28,257 nt of DNA. Origin: a virus. Taxonomy: Duplodnaviria > Caudoviricetes. Made by a program: the position numbers and the translations under genes. The notes beneath the pieces are model-generated. The model searched no databases and had not been told where the DNA came from. It worked only from the letters and a program-made list of their open reading frames with translations. Numbering within the stretch: the stretch's first letter is position 1; every line of letters begins with the position of its first letter. This document shows, one piece after another, positions 6,688 to 14,973 of the stretch. The stretch spans positions 1 through 28,257 of the IMG/VR virus record IMGVR_UViG_3300037524_001161. One strand, given 5' to 3'.

Positions 6688-6810
6688 TATCAAGAAAATG
6701 TGAGGGGGCGTGCGGGGTGGTGACGGGGGGTGATTACCGGGTTTGAGCGGGCTGTGGTTAGGTCTTGGGCGTCCGAGCGAAAGCTCATTGCCCACCATGA
6801 AACCAAGACC

Positions 6811-7233
6811 ATGAACCTCGCATCCCAAGTCCGACATTTCCTGACCTTTCTCGCCGGTCTCGGCGGGTTGTTTTTGTCCTGGAACCTCATCGCGCCCGAG
6901 CAGGTGGCGGAGGTCAACAAGGCCGGCGCGGATCTGATTGATCCGATCATGATTCTCATCGGCGCGGTGGCGGCGGGCGTGGCCCGCCTGGTCATCGGCT
7001 GGATCAGTTCTCTCATCGGCCGGGGGGCCGGTGGGATTGGAGAGAAGCTGCGCGGGATTCCCGTATGGCTCGGCTTGATCGGCACGGCAGTGGCGCTGGG
7101 GACGGTGCTGCCGTCGTGCTCGGTTGGCGAGTATCCGATCACGGGCAGCATCACCTACCGGGACGAGGCCACCGGCGCGAAGGCCGGGCTGACGTTTTAT
7201 CCGCCGGTGCGCAAGGTGCGCACGGAGAAGTGA
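6811..7233 (+). CDS. Holin-like multi-pass membrane protein with C-terminal lipobox-like LPSC and beta-rich tail
   Basis: Three hydrophobic segments; first gene of the late block; ATG 6811. Confidence 0.55.
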   Translation: MNLASQVRHFLTFLAGLGGLFLSWNLIAPEQVAEVNKAGADLIDPIMILIGAVAAGVARLVIGWISSLIGRGAGGIGEKLRGIPVWLGLIGTAVALGTVLPSCSVGEYPITGSITYRDEATGAKAGLTFYPPVRKVRTEK

Positions 7234-7331
7234 TTTCAATGGCGGCCGAGGCCCATCCAAAGGGAAGCCGCGCGTGCGGCGCAACGAGGCCCGAAGGCCG
7301 CCACCCACTCTAACAAAAATAACACCACACG

Positions 7332-7538
7332 ATGAACAACGCGCTTCTCATCCCGCTCATGCTGGCACTCTCCGCCATTTCGATGGTGGTGATCGCCGGT
7401 GTGGCACGGAGCATCTGGCGCGAGATGAATGACGCTCCGGGAGATGCGGAAGGTGAGACCCGGAGCGAGCGGCGGACGGAAGAGCGCAAGAACGAGCGGA
7501 TCCGCCGGGAGATCGAGCAATGGAGGGAAGAGAAATGA
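7332..7538 (+). CDS. Small membrane-anchored protein with charged tail (lysis cassette)
   Basis: N-terminal TM segment, E/R-rich C-terminus, ATGA coupling to the next gene. Confidence 0.6.
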   Translation: MNNALLIPLMLALSAISMVVIAGVARSIWREMNDAPGDAEGETRSERRTEERKNERIRREIEQWREEK

Positions 7539-7921
7539 GGGTTTCGCTGACATGGCTGGCGTTGGCTGGCGTTATGGCGGCGGCCGGCATCAATCTTGCA
7601 TGGACGCCGAACCCGACTGCCGAGAACATCACTTTCTATGAGGTGACAGCCAAGACGCCGAACACCGAGCTGGCGTTGGAAAACCTCAAGCCTGGCGTGC
7701 CTTACTTCTTCTCGCTGCGCGCGGAGAATGCGGCGGGCGTGAGCGATTTCTCCCCGGTGATCACCGGCATCCCGCTGCCTCGCTACAAGGTGACGATCCA
7801 GAAAAGCGCCAGCCTCGGCGTTTGGTCGGACACCACCACGGTGCTAACAGGCACGGCGAATGGCGCGGAGTTTTTCCGGTTGAAGATCGAGCTGGATGAT
7901 TACCAGGGGGTGGAGCCATGA
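7535..7921 (+). CDS. Secreted fibronectin type III-like protein
   Basis: Signal-like N-terminus; LAWTPN..ITFYEV..LENLKPGVPYFFSLRAENAAGVSDFS; C-terminal IQKS.SL..W...FFRLKIE. Confidence 0.75.
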   Translation: MRVSLTWLALAGVMAAAGINLAWTPNPTAENITFYEVTAKTPNTELALENLKPGVPYFFSLRAENAAGVSDFSPVITGIPLPRYKVTIQKSASLGVWSDTTTVLTGTANGAEFFRLKIELDDYQGVEP

Positions 7922-8532
7922 GCCTGGTGGCAGACATCAAGACGATCCAGCGTGCGGTGGGCGCGGATCCGGACGGAGTGTTCGGGCCGCGGACTGCGGC
8001 GGCGGTGCTGCGGGAGTTGAGGATGGGTGAAGATGCGGGCGAGACGCCCGCGCTCCCTTTGGACGCGCGGACGCTGGCGACACTGGCGACACTGGACCCG
8101 AAGGCGCGGGATGAATTCGAGATTTTCATGCTGCACGCCAAGGCGATTGCGGCGACTCTGGGCTGCGATTACATGGCGATCTCTGGCACGCGCACCTGGG
8201 AAGAGCAGGCCGAGCTTTACCGGAAATACAAGGCCGGCGGACCGAAGGCAGCGCCTGCTGGCGGCTCCTGGCACAACTACGGCACGGCGATCGACTGCGG
8301 GGTATTCCGGCAGACCCGCGGCGGGCAGATTTACTGTGACGATTCCAAGCCTGAGCTTGCGATGAAAGTTCATGCGGCGTGCAGCACGCTTGTTAATGAT
8401 TTCACGCTGGAATGGGGCGGCGCATGGAAAGGCAAGTCCTGCGACCCGCCACACTATCAGATCAATCTCGGCCGCTCGTCTCCGAACGCGGCGGACCGGG
8501 CAAAGTTCAAACAGGAAGGGAGCGTGCTGTGA
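7918..8532 (+). CDS. Endolysin: peptidoglycan-binding domain plus M15-family peptidase
   Basis: IQRAVGADPDGVFGPRT; SGTRTWEEQAELY, SWHNYGTAID, WGGAW, DPPHYQ. Confidence 0.9.
   Translation: MSLVADIKTIQRAVGADPDGVFGPRTAAAVLRELRMGEDAGETPALPLDARTLATLATLDPKARDEFEIFMLHAKAIAATLGCDYMAISGTRTWEEQAELYRKYKAGGPKAAPAGGSWHNYGTAIDCGVFRQTRGGQIYCDDSKPELAMKVHAACSTLVNDFTLEWGGAWKGKSCDPPHYQINLGRSSPNAADRAKFKQEGSVL
8029..8057. repeat. REP-like hairpin, copy 2, in frame in the endolysin linker
   Basis: Identical to 985-1013; encodes EDAGETPALP. Confidence 0.85.
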
Positions 8533-8765
8533 AAGCCTCCCGCAAACATTACGACGAGCTGCTGGGGATGAGCGACGGCGAGCAGCTCGCGCGCGTCAAG
8601 TCCCTGAAAGGCGCGGAGCTGGCGGCGCTGATGCACTACGCGCTGGGGCGCGAGGCCGGAGAGCGGCGCGACGCAGTGCTCTCCCTGGTGCTGGCAGTGG
8701 CCGGCCAACGGTATCTCACCAAGCAGGCGGCGAAGGCCAGAAAGACAGCGAAACGGATCTTATGA
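8529..8765 (+). CDS. Hypothetical protein (78 aa, GTG start)
   Basis: GTGA and ATGA overlaps with both neighbours. Confidence 0.6.
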   Translation: MKASRKHYDELLGMSDGEQLARVKSLKGAELAALMHYALGREAGERRDAVLSLVLAVAGQRYLTKQAAKARKTAKRIL

Positions 8766-9292
8766 TGATGACTTATTTGGCAGAGGCATCGGCGGCCAAC
8801 GGATTGAGTCCGGAGGCTGTGGGGATTTTGATCGGCGGCATCATCACGGCGCTGGTGGGTGGCGGCTTGCTGGGCAAGCGGGCGGGCAAGACCGAGGGCA
8901 AGGCGGAGGCGCTGCAGGTGGGGCCGCAGCCGTTCATGGTGGAACTCAAGGAGACCTTCGTGACGCGGCGCGAGCATGACCGGCTGGAGGCGATGGTGGC
9001 GGTGAACGCGACGCGGGTGGAAGGCATGTTCCGCGAGACGATGAACGAAGTGAAGACGCTCAACTCCCAGACGAACTCCGCATTGATCCGCCAGGGCGAG
9101 AGGCTGAGCGAGGAAATCGAGAAGGTGGCCAAGGCGGCATACGACGGCCGCCAGCGGCTGCACAATCACGTGAACTCCCATGGCGAGAAGATCGCGGCGC
9201 TGAGCGTGAACAACGACGTGGCCACGGAGCTGGCGCGAGTGTCGGAAGTGATCGTCGAGGCGATCAAGGAAACCAAGAAACCCAACGGCTAA
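8762..9292 (+). CDS. Membrane-anchored coiled-coil protein, Mu gp25-like position
   Basis: TM segment VGILIGGIITALVGGGLLG, FVTRREH, coiled coil; synteny. Confidence 0.65.
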   Translation: MMMTYLAEASAANGLSPEAVGILIGGIITALVGGGLLGKRAGKTEGKAEALQVGPQPFMVELKETFVTRREHDRLEAMVAVNATRVEGMFRETMNEVKTLNSQTNSALIRQGERLSEEIEKVAKAAYDGRQRLHNHVNSHGEKIAALSVNNDVATELARVSEVIVEAIKETKKPNG

Positions 9293-9296
9293 GATC

Positions 9297-9566
9297 ATGG
9301 CAGGAAAATCACGAGTCTCACCCGGGCGAGTCCGCAAGGCGGTGCGCGATGTGCTGAAGTTCCAGGAAGGTGAGCCGCTCAATGAGGATCCGATGCTGGA
9401 TGCTGTGAACGAGCTGGTGGGCGGCGGCGTGGGCCTCACGGAGCTGCGCGACGCGCTGGAATGGAATCACAGCGAGGCGTTCGTGCGCACCGAATACATC
9501 GACGAGCTCGAACTCGACGGCTGGGTAATCACCAAGGCCGGCATCAATCACGATAGAATCAAGTGA
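9297..9566 (+). CDS. Mu gp26-like winged-helix protein
   Basis: ELRDALEW....FV....WVITKAG pattern and synteny. Confidence 0.6.
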   Translation: MAGKSRVSPGRVRKAVRDVLKFQEGEPLNEDPMLDAVNELVGGGVGLTELRDALEWNHSEAFVRTEYIDELELDGWVITKAGINHDRIK

Positions 9567-10202
9567 ATGGAAACGCTCAAAGACCCGCGAGTGGATGCGA
9601 TCCTGCCCAACAAGGCGGAGAGCGATCCGCAGTTTGCCGAGGACATGTGGCGCTTGCGGCACCCGGAAAAGGACGGCAAGAAGCTGAGCCTGGCCGAGGT
9701 GCTGGTGGAATTGCAGGCAAGCCATGGCATCGAGGTCTCCATGTCCACGCTCTGTGCGTTTTACAAATGGCTCTCGGTGCGGCGGGACTTCAAGGCGACC
9801 AACGATGTGATCCGCCAGGTGAAGGCCGAGATGCGTGCCGATCCGGACTTCACGGAGGAAGAGGTGGAGAAGGCCGGGCGCATGATGTTTGCCACGCGTG
9901 GCATGGCCATCAAAGACCCGAAGATGTTCCAGGCGGCCATCAAGCTGGGCCACGGCCGCACGGCCCTGGACCAGCGGGACAAGCAGCTCAAGCAGCGGGA
10001 CAAGGAGCTGACGCAGCGCGAGAAGCTCGTGGAGCAGAGCGAGCGGAAGCTGGCGATGCTGGAAGCCAAGGCGGCGCGACTGGATGCGCTGGAGGCCAAG
10101 GCGAAGGAAATCCACGGCGACGCCACCCTCACTCCGGAAGAGCAGCGCCAGGCGCTGCTGGACAAGATGGACGATTTCTTCGGCCTCAAGAAAACCGCGT
10201 AA
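9567..10202 (+). CDS. Mu gp27-like (DUF3486-like) putative small terminase subunit
   Basis: SLAEVLVELQASHGIEVSMSTL HTH plus coiled coil, directly upstream of the large terminase. Confidence 0.7.
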   Translation: METLKDPRVDAILPNKAESDPQFAEDMWRLRHPEKDGKKLSLAEVLVELQASHGIEVSMSTLCAFYKWLSVRRDFKATNDVIRQVKAEMRADPDFTEEEVEKAGRMMFATRGMAIKDPKMFQAAIKLGHGRTALDQRDKQLKQRDKELTQREKLVEQSERKLAMLEAKAARLDALEAKAKEIHGDATLTPEEQRQALLDKMDDFFGLKKTA

Positions 10203-11701
10203 TGGCAGCAATCCTTCCAGGCATCAACATCGATAGCGACTCCGTGCTGGCGCGCTATTTCATGCGGCACCAGCTCGAATGGATCGAAGACGACTCATCC
10301 ATGCGGCTTGCGGAGAAAAGCGTGCGCATCGGCTGGACCTATGGCGACGGTTTCAAAAACGTGCGCAAGCGCCTGCGGCACAAGAACCGGGATTACCTCT
10401 TTGCCACAAAGGATCAGCAGAGCGCGGTGGAGTATCTGCAAACCTGCGTCCGCTTCGCCGAGATGTTCGACTACACCAAGAGCATCATTTCCCACGGCAT
10501 GGATGAGATGAAAGTCCAGGCCAAGGATGAGAACGGCAAGAGCTTCATGGAGGATGTGAAGTTCGGATACATCAAGTTCGACAACGGCTCCCGGATCATC
10601 GGCTTTTCCGCCAACCCCTACGCGATGGCCGTGTTCGGCGGAGACGTGGGTCTCGACGAGTTCGCGAAGCACGCCAACGCCGAAAAGCTGTGGGAAACGG
10701 CGCAAGGCCGGATCACCTGGGGTTATGACATCGGCGTGTGGTCCGCCCATGACGGCACGGACACCCTGTTCTATCAATTCAGCCGCGAGGCACAGGCCGG
10801 CAAAGGCGGCTGGAGCCACTACCGCGTTACGATGGAGGATGCGGTGGAGATGGGCCTGGTGGAGAAGATCAACGCGGTGTCCGGCAAGAACATGACGCGC
10901 GAGCAGTTCATCCAGGACTGCAAGAACCGCGCGCGGCTGCCGGAGATTTACGAACAGGCCTACAACTGCAACCCGAGCGGATCGGCGAGCGCCATCGTTC
11001 CCTGGGCGCAGATCGTGCAGTGCCGGGTGGATCGCAAGATCGAGCGGATGCACATGGAGGAGGCGCAGATCACCGAGATGTTCGGAGACTTCGACAAGGC
11101 CACGGAAAAGGCGCGGCAAAAGCGCATCGCGGATTTCATCAAGAGCGGTTTCGCCAAAGTGCTCAACGATCCGCAGAAATACCGGCTGGGATTCGACGTG
11201 GCGGCGAGCGGCCAGGGCGACCTGGCATCCATCTACATCGACCGCAAGGAGACGGCTCAGTTCAAGCTCGACGCACTCTTCACCTGCCGGACCAAGGACT
11301 GGGACTTCCTGGAAACCGTGCTCTGGACCTTCATGAGCCATCTGAGCGCCGTGCAGGGCGCGGGCGACGAGACCGGCCTGGGCCGCCAAGTGTGCTGGCG
11401 GACCTGTCAGCAGTTTCCAGGGCAGTTCGCGGGCATCAACTTTTCCAGCAAGAAGCACGAGATGGGATTCTCCCTGATGAACCAGCTCAGCACGGCGGAG
11501 AAGATCATCCCGACGGATCATGATGACATCGCCCAGGACTATTACTCGCTGCGCAAAACCTATACCGGCGGCCGGTGGGTTTTCAGCGCCGGGCGGAACA
11601 ATCTGAACCCTAACAGCCACGGGGACATCGCCTGGAGCGGCGCGCTGGCCACCCATGCCGACCTCGGCACCACCCGCGACATCCAATGCATCCTCTGCTA
11701 G
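10202..11701 (+). CDS. Terminase large subunit, Mu gp28-like (499 aa)
   Basis: EKSVRIGWTY (Mu-type Walker A variant), VGLDEFA (Walker B), GFDVA and HGDIAWSGALA nuclease motifs. Confidence 0.92.
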   Translation: MAAILPGINIDSDSVLARYFMRHQLEWIEDDSSMRLAEKSVRIGWTYGDGFKNVRKRLRHKNRDYLFATKDQQSAVEYLQTCVRFAEMFDYTKSIISHGMDEMKVQAKDENGKSFMEDVKFGYIKFDNGSRIIGFSANPYAMAVFGGDVGLDEFAKHANAEKLWETAQGRITWGYDIGVWSAHDGTDTLFYQFSREAQAGKGGWSHYRVTMEDAVEMGLVEKINAVSGKNMTREQFIQDCKNRARLPEIYEQAYNCNPSGSASAIVPWAQIVQCRVDRKIERMHMEEAQITEMFGDFDKATEKARQKRIADFIKSGFAKVLNDPQKYRLGFDVAASGQGDLASIYIDRKETAQFKLDALFTCRTKDWDFLETVLWTFMSHLSAVQGAGDETGLGRQVCWRTCQQFPGQFAGINFSSKKHEMGFSLMNQLSTAEKIIPTDHDDIAQDYYSLRKTYTGGRWVFSAGRNNLNPNSHGDIAWSGALATHADLGTTRDIQCILC

Positions 11702-11905
11702 GCCCGCCATGATCCACAAACACCCCATTTCCGACCGGATGTTGAAAAGGCCGCCAGAATCGATTTTACGCCCGGCATGCCGCGCGGACGGGCCATTGCG
11801 CCCGGATCGGGCTGCGAGGGCTGCAAACCGGCTGCACGGGCCTGCACGGGCCGGTTTCACGGCGCGCGGGAATGCTCCCGGCTCCATGATGACAGGAGGT
11901 GGCCG

Positions 11906-14083
11906 GTGAATGTGAAATCGATGATTTCGAGGCTGCCGGGCATCGGCGGGATTTTGGCGCGCAGCCTGGGCTGGCAGAATGCCATGTTCGGCGATCTGTT
12001 AGGCGGCGGCAGCGGCACCACCGGAGACCTGACCAGGGCGTATGCGCGCAGCGCCTGGGTGCGCAGCGCGATCGGATTCGTGGCGGCTCCCATCGCGATG
12101 CGGCCGTTGATCTTCTCACGCGACAAACGGGGCGGCGACGTGGTGATCGACGACGCGGCGCTCACGGCATTCTGGGAGCGGCCGGCGCGGGACTGCACCG
12201 GGTCGATGAACCGGCAGGATTTCTTTGAGGCCACGGTGGGCCTGCTCAAGCTCAAGGGCCAGTGCTTCTGGATCATGGATGACACTTGGCTCACGCCGCG
12301 CGCCCGCAAGAACCCGCTGATCCTGGCCAAGCCGGACTCGATGCATGCGGTGATGGATGGCGGCGAGCTGATCGGCTGGAGCTACAGCGACAAGCGCGGT
12401 GGCAAGTCCGCGCTGATCCCCGAGCAGGTGATCCATCAGAAATTCTGGAACCCGTATCACGACTGGATGGGCCTCTCGGAATGGGAGGGAGCGATGATCG
12501 CGGCGGAGAGCGATTACGCCGGCGGCGTGTTCGCGCGCAACCTGGCGAAAAACAACGGCGACCGCGGGCCGTTCGTCATTGGGCGCGGCGGGCAATTTTC
12601 CGACGATCAAATCAAACAGGTCTCCGCGCAACTGAGGCAGAAGCGCGAACTCGGACGGCGCGGCGAATTCCGCGCGGCCTTCCTGCCCGCCGATGTGGAC
12701 GTGAAGGAACCCGGAGTAAATGCGGTGGACTCCGCGTTCGTGACGCAGCGCCTGGAGAACCGCAAGGAGATCTACGCGGCGTTCGGTGTGCCGCAGAGTT
12801 TCGCGGATGCGCAGGCGAGTTACAGCATCGGCTCGGCGAGCGATCGCTTCCGTCTGATCGAGGACACCTGCATGCCGCTGGCCGCCAAGATTGCGGACGG
12901 CATGGAAGTGGTGAGCCAGCGCTTCCTTGGCACGCGCGAGACGGTGTTCGTGGAGTTCGACTGGGACAGCCACTCGACGATGCAGCAGGTGCGCGCCGAG
13001 CGTTTCGAAACGGCGGCCAAGGCCGTGAACATGGGCATGCCCTGGAAAACGGCGGGCGAGTATTTCCGGCTGCGGCTGCCAAGGTTCCCTGGGGACTCGG
13101 TGGGCAGGATTCCGTTCAACCTGCAGGAGATCGAGGAACCAGGGGTCAGAGATCGGGAGTCCGAGGTCAGTGAAGAGGAAGAGGATGACCCGGTGGCGGA
13201 CTTGGAAAAGGTGTTTGCAGCCTACACGCAAGCGCCGTGCAAGGGCCATGCCGGCGCTGTGCAACCGAAGGCGGTGAGTGCGAAGGCGATGGCGACCTGG
13301 AAGCGGGTGCGCGCCCGGCGCGAGGCGTGGGAAAAGAAGTATGCCAGCCGCATCCGCAGGCACCTGATGGATGCGCGCGGCGAGACGCTGCGCAAGATCG
13401 CGGCAGCCGGGGAAGGCAAGGCGGTGGGCAAGAGCGTGGATGTGCTCTCGCTGATCTTCGATCTGGATGCCTGGCTCAAGGATTGGATCAAGGGCCTCGG
13501 CGCTACGGCGCGCGCGGCGATCGAGGCGGCGGGCGCGGAGCTGTGGAGCGAGGAGCTACAGCGCGATGATCCGCTCACGATGCCTGCGGCGGAAACGCTG
13601 GAAGTGTTACGGGTGCGTGAGAACCGCATCAAGGATGCCGGAACCAAGGTCTGGGACGCGATCAAGAGCGAACTGGAAACCGGCATCAACGGCGGCGAGA
13701 CCATGGACGAACTCGCGGAACGCGTGCGCCGGAAGTTCGGCGGCATGGAGAAGGGCCGCGCGATGGTGATCGCCAAGACCGAAACCACGGCGGTCTATGA
13801 AGGCGGGCGGGACATCGTTTTCAAAGCGGCCGGCGTGCAATGGACGCAGTGGATCACCAGCGGCCTGGGCAACGAGCGTCTGACGCATTTGGCAGCCAAC
13901 GAGCAGATCCAGGCCATCGAAGACAAGTTCCTCGTGGGCGGCTATGAGCTGGCCTATCCCGGGGATCCGGACGGACCGCCACAGGAAGTGATCAACTGCA
14001 ACTGCGTGCGCATCGCCGTCGGCAGCCCTGAAGGCGGCGACGATGGCGAGGATTTCAACAACGACGACACGATCCCCTATTAA
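11906..14083 (+). CDS. HK97-family portal protein fused to a MuF (SPP1 gp7-like) minor head domain
   Basis: AYARSAWV..I, GQCFW, EQVIH....P....GLS, IYAAFGVP; C-terminal GINGGE..EL..RV..RAMVIAKTE..W..R..H..PGDP..EVINCNC; AGGAGGT then GTG at 11906. Confidence 0.88.
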   Translation: MNVKSMISRLPGIGGILARSLGWQNAMFGDLLGGGSGTTGDLTRAYARSAWVRSAIGFVAAPIAMRPLIFSRDKRGGDVVIDDAALTAFWERPARDCTGSMNRQDFFEATVGLLKLKGQCFWIMDDTWLTPRARKNPLILAKPDSMHAVMDGGELIGWSYSDKRGGKSALIPEQVIHQKFWNPYHDWMGLSEWEGAMIAAESDYAGGVFARNLAKNNGDRGPFVIGRGGQFSDDQIKQVSAQLRQKRELGRRGEFRAAFLPADVDVKEPGVNAVDSAFVTQRLENRKEIYAAFGVPQSFADAQASYSIGSASDRFRLIEDTCMPLAAKIADGMEVVSQRFLGTRETVFVEFDWDSHSTMQQVRAERFETAAKAVNMGMPWKTAGEYFRLRLPRFPGDSVGRIPFNLQEIEEPGVRDRESEVSEEEEDDPVADLEKVFAAYTQAPCKGHAGAVQPKAVSAKAMATWKRVRARREAWEKKYASRIRRHLMDARGETLRKIAAAGEGKAVGKSVDVLSLIFDLDAWLKDWIKGLGATARAAIEAAGAELWSEELQRDDPLTMPAAETLEVLRVRENRIKDAGTKVWDAIKSELETGINGGETMDELAERVRRKFGGMEKGRAMVIAKTETTAVYEGGRDIVFKAAGVQWTQWITSGLGNERLTHLAANEQIQAIEDKFLVGGYELAYPGDPDGPPQEVINCNCVRIAVGSPEGGDDGEDFNNDDTIPY

Positions 14084-14087
14084 TCAG

Positions 14088-14110
14088 CGACGGTCACAGA
14101 CCGCCGCTAC
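14088..14110 (-). repeat. GTAG-family REP-like hairpin
   Basis: Minus strand GTAGCGGCGGTCTGTGACCGTCG; relative at 19051-19073. Confidence 0.75.
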
Positions 14111-14122
14111 AAATCAAAAATC

Positions 14123-14944
14123 ATGAGCACCAACACACTCCGCCGCGCGTTCGACGTGGAAGTCAAAATCATCGACAAGGACGCTGGCCTTGTGGACTAC
14201 GTCGCCAGCAACGAAACGCTCGATTGTTACAACGAGGTGGTTTCCGCGCGCGGCTGGCGCTTCACCCGGTTCCAGAAAAACGCGCCCTTCGTCAACAGCC
14301 ACAACTACTCCTCGATCGACAACCAGCTCGGCAAGGTGGTGAGCGCCACGCTGCAGGGGCGGGACCTGGTGGAACGCGTGCAATGGGCCAAGGACATCCC
14401 GGAAAACACCCTCGCTCAGCTAGGTTGGAAGATGACGCTGGGCGGTTTCCTCAAGGCGGTTTCCGTGGGCTTCATTCCGGTGCGCTACGTGCGCAACGGT
14501 GCGGACGGATGGACGCAGGCACTCACGGAGCTGGGCATCAAGCCGGAGGATGGCGCGGCCATCCGATACATCTACCTGGAGCACGAGCAGATCGAGCTGA
14601 GCGCCTGCATCATCGGTGCGAACCCGGATGCCTTGGCCAAGAGCTACAGCGCCGGCTGCGTGAAGGACGCGGACTTGGCGAGCGTAGGCTTCACGGATGA
14701 CGACATGAGTTTTCTCACCATCGCAGGCAAGGCGCTCGACAAGCCCGATCTCGATGACCTGACCCGCAGCCTGATCGCGCGGGAGATGGGCCGGATCACC
14801 GGCCGCAACAACCATTCTCAGGACAGCACGAAGCACCACACCAGCAACTCCGCAGGCAAGCCCGGCGGCGCGGAGATTGCCGAGCGCCAGGCAGCGGAGC
14901 GAAAGGCATTCCTGGGAGATCTACAAAAAGCCCTCAGCCTCTGA
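14123..14944 (+). CDS. HK97-family prohead protease
   Basis: ASNETLDCYNEVV, NSHNY, LKAVSVGF, IELSACIIGANPDAL. Confidence 0.88.
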   Translation: MSTNTLRRAFDVEVKIIDKDAGLVDYVASNETLDCYNEVVSARGWRFTRFQKNAPFVNSHNYSSIDNQLGKVVSATLQGRDLVERVQWAKDIPENTLAQLGWKMTLGGFLKAVSVGFIPVRYVRNGADGWTQALTELGIKPEDGAAIRYIYLEHEQIELSACIIGANPDALAKSYSAGCVKDADLASVGFTDDDMSFLTIAGKALDKPDLDDLTRSLIAREMGRITGRNNHSQDSTKHHTSNSAGKPGGAEIAERQAAERKAFLGDLQKALSL

Positions 14945-14973
14945 GGCACTGTTTCACATCAACACACACCATC

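Noticed and set aside
7240-7303. Known self-cleaving ribozyme or tRNA
   Set aside because: Lacks hammerhead, HDV or twister core motifs and tRNA T-loop consensus as far as can be judged by eye
9972-10025. 21-nt repeat (QRDKQLK QRDKELT QREK) in the gp27-like gene
   Set aside because: Ordinary coiled-coil heptad duplication
9563-10201. 213-aa N-terminal extension of the terminase in the ORF track
   Set aside because: Overlaps the gp27-like gene in another frame; ATG 10202 is coupled to its stop (TAATG)
10295-13363. Long minus-strand ORFs (530 aa and 415 aa) opposite terminase and portal
   Set aside because: Antisense shadows of strongly GC3-biased genes
13820-14083. MuF polymorphic toxin with 5677-6003 as its immunity protein
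   Set aside because: The MuF domain ends shortly after the CNC motif with no toxin extension; the small ORF is a paralogue rather than a typical adjacent immunity gene
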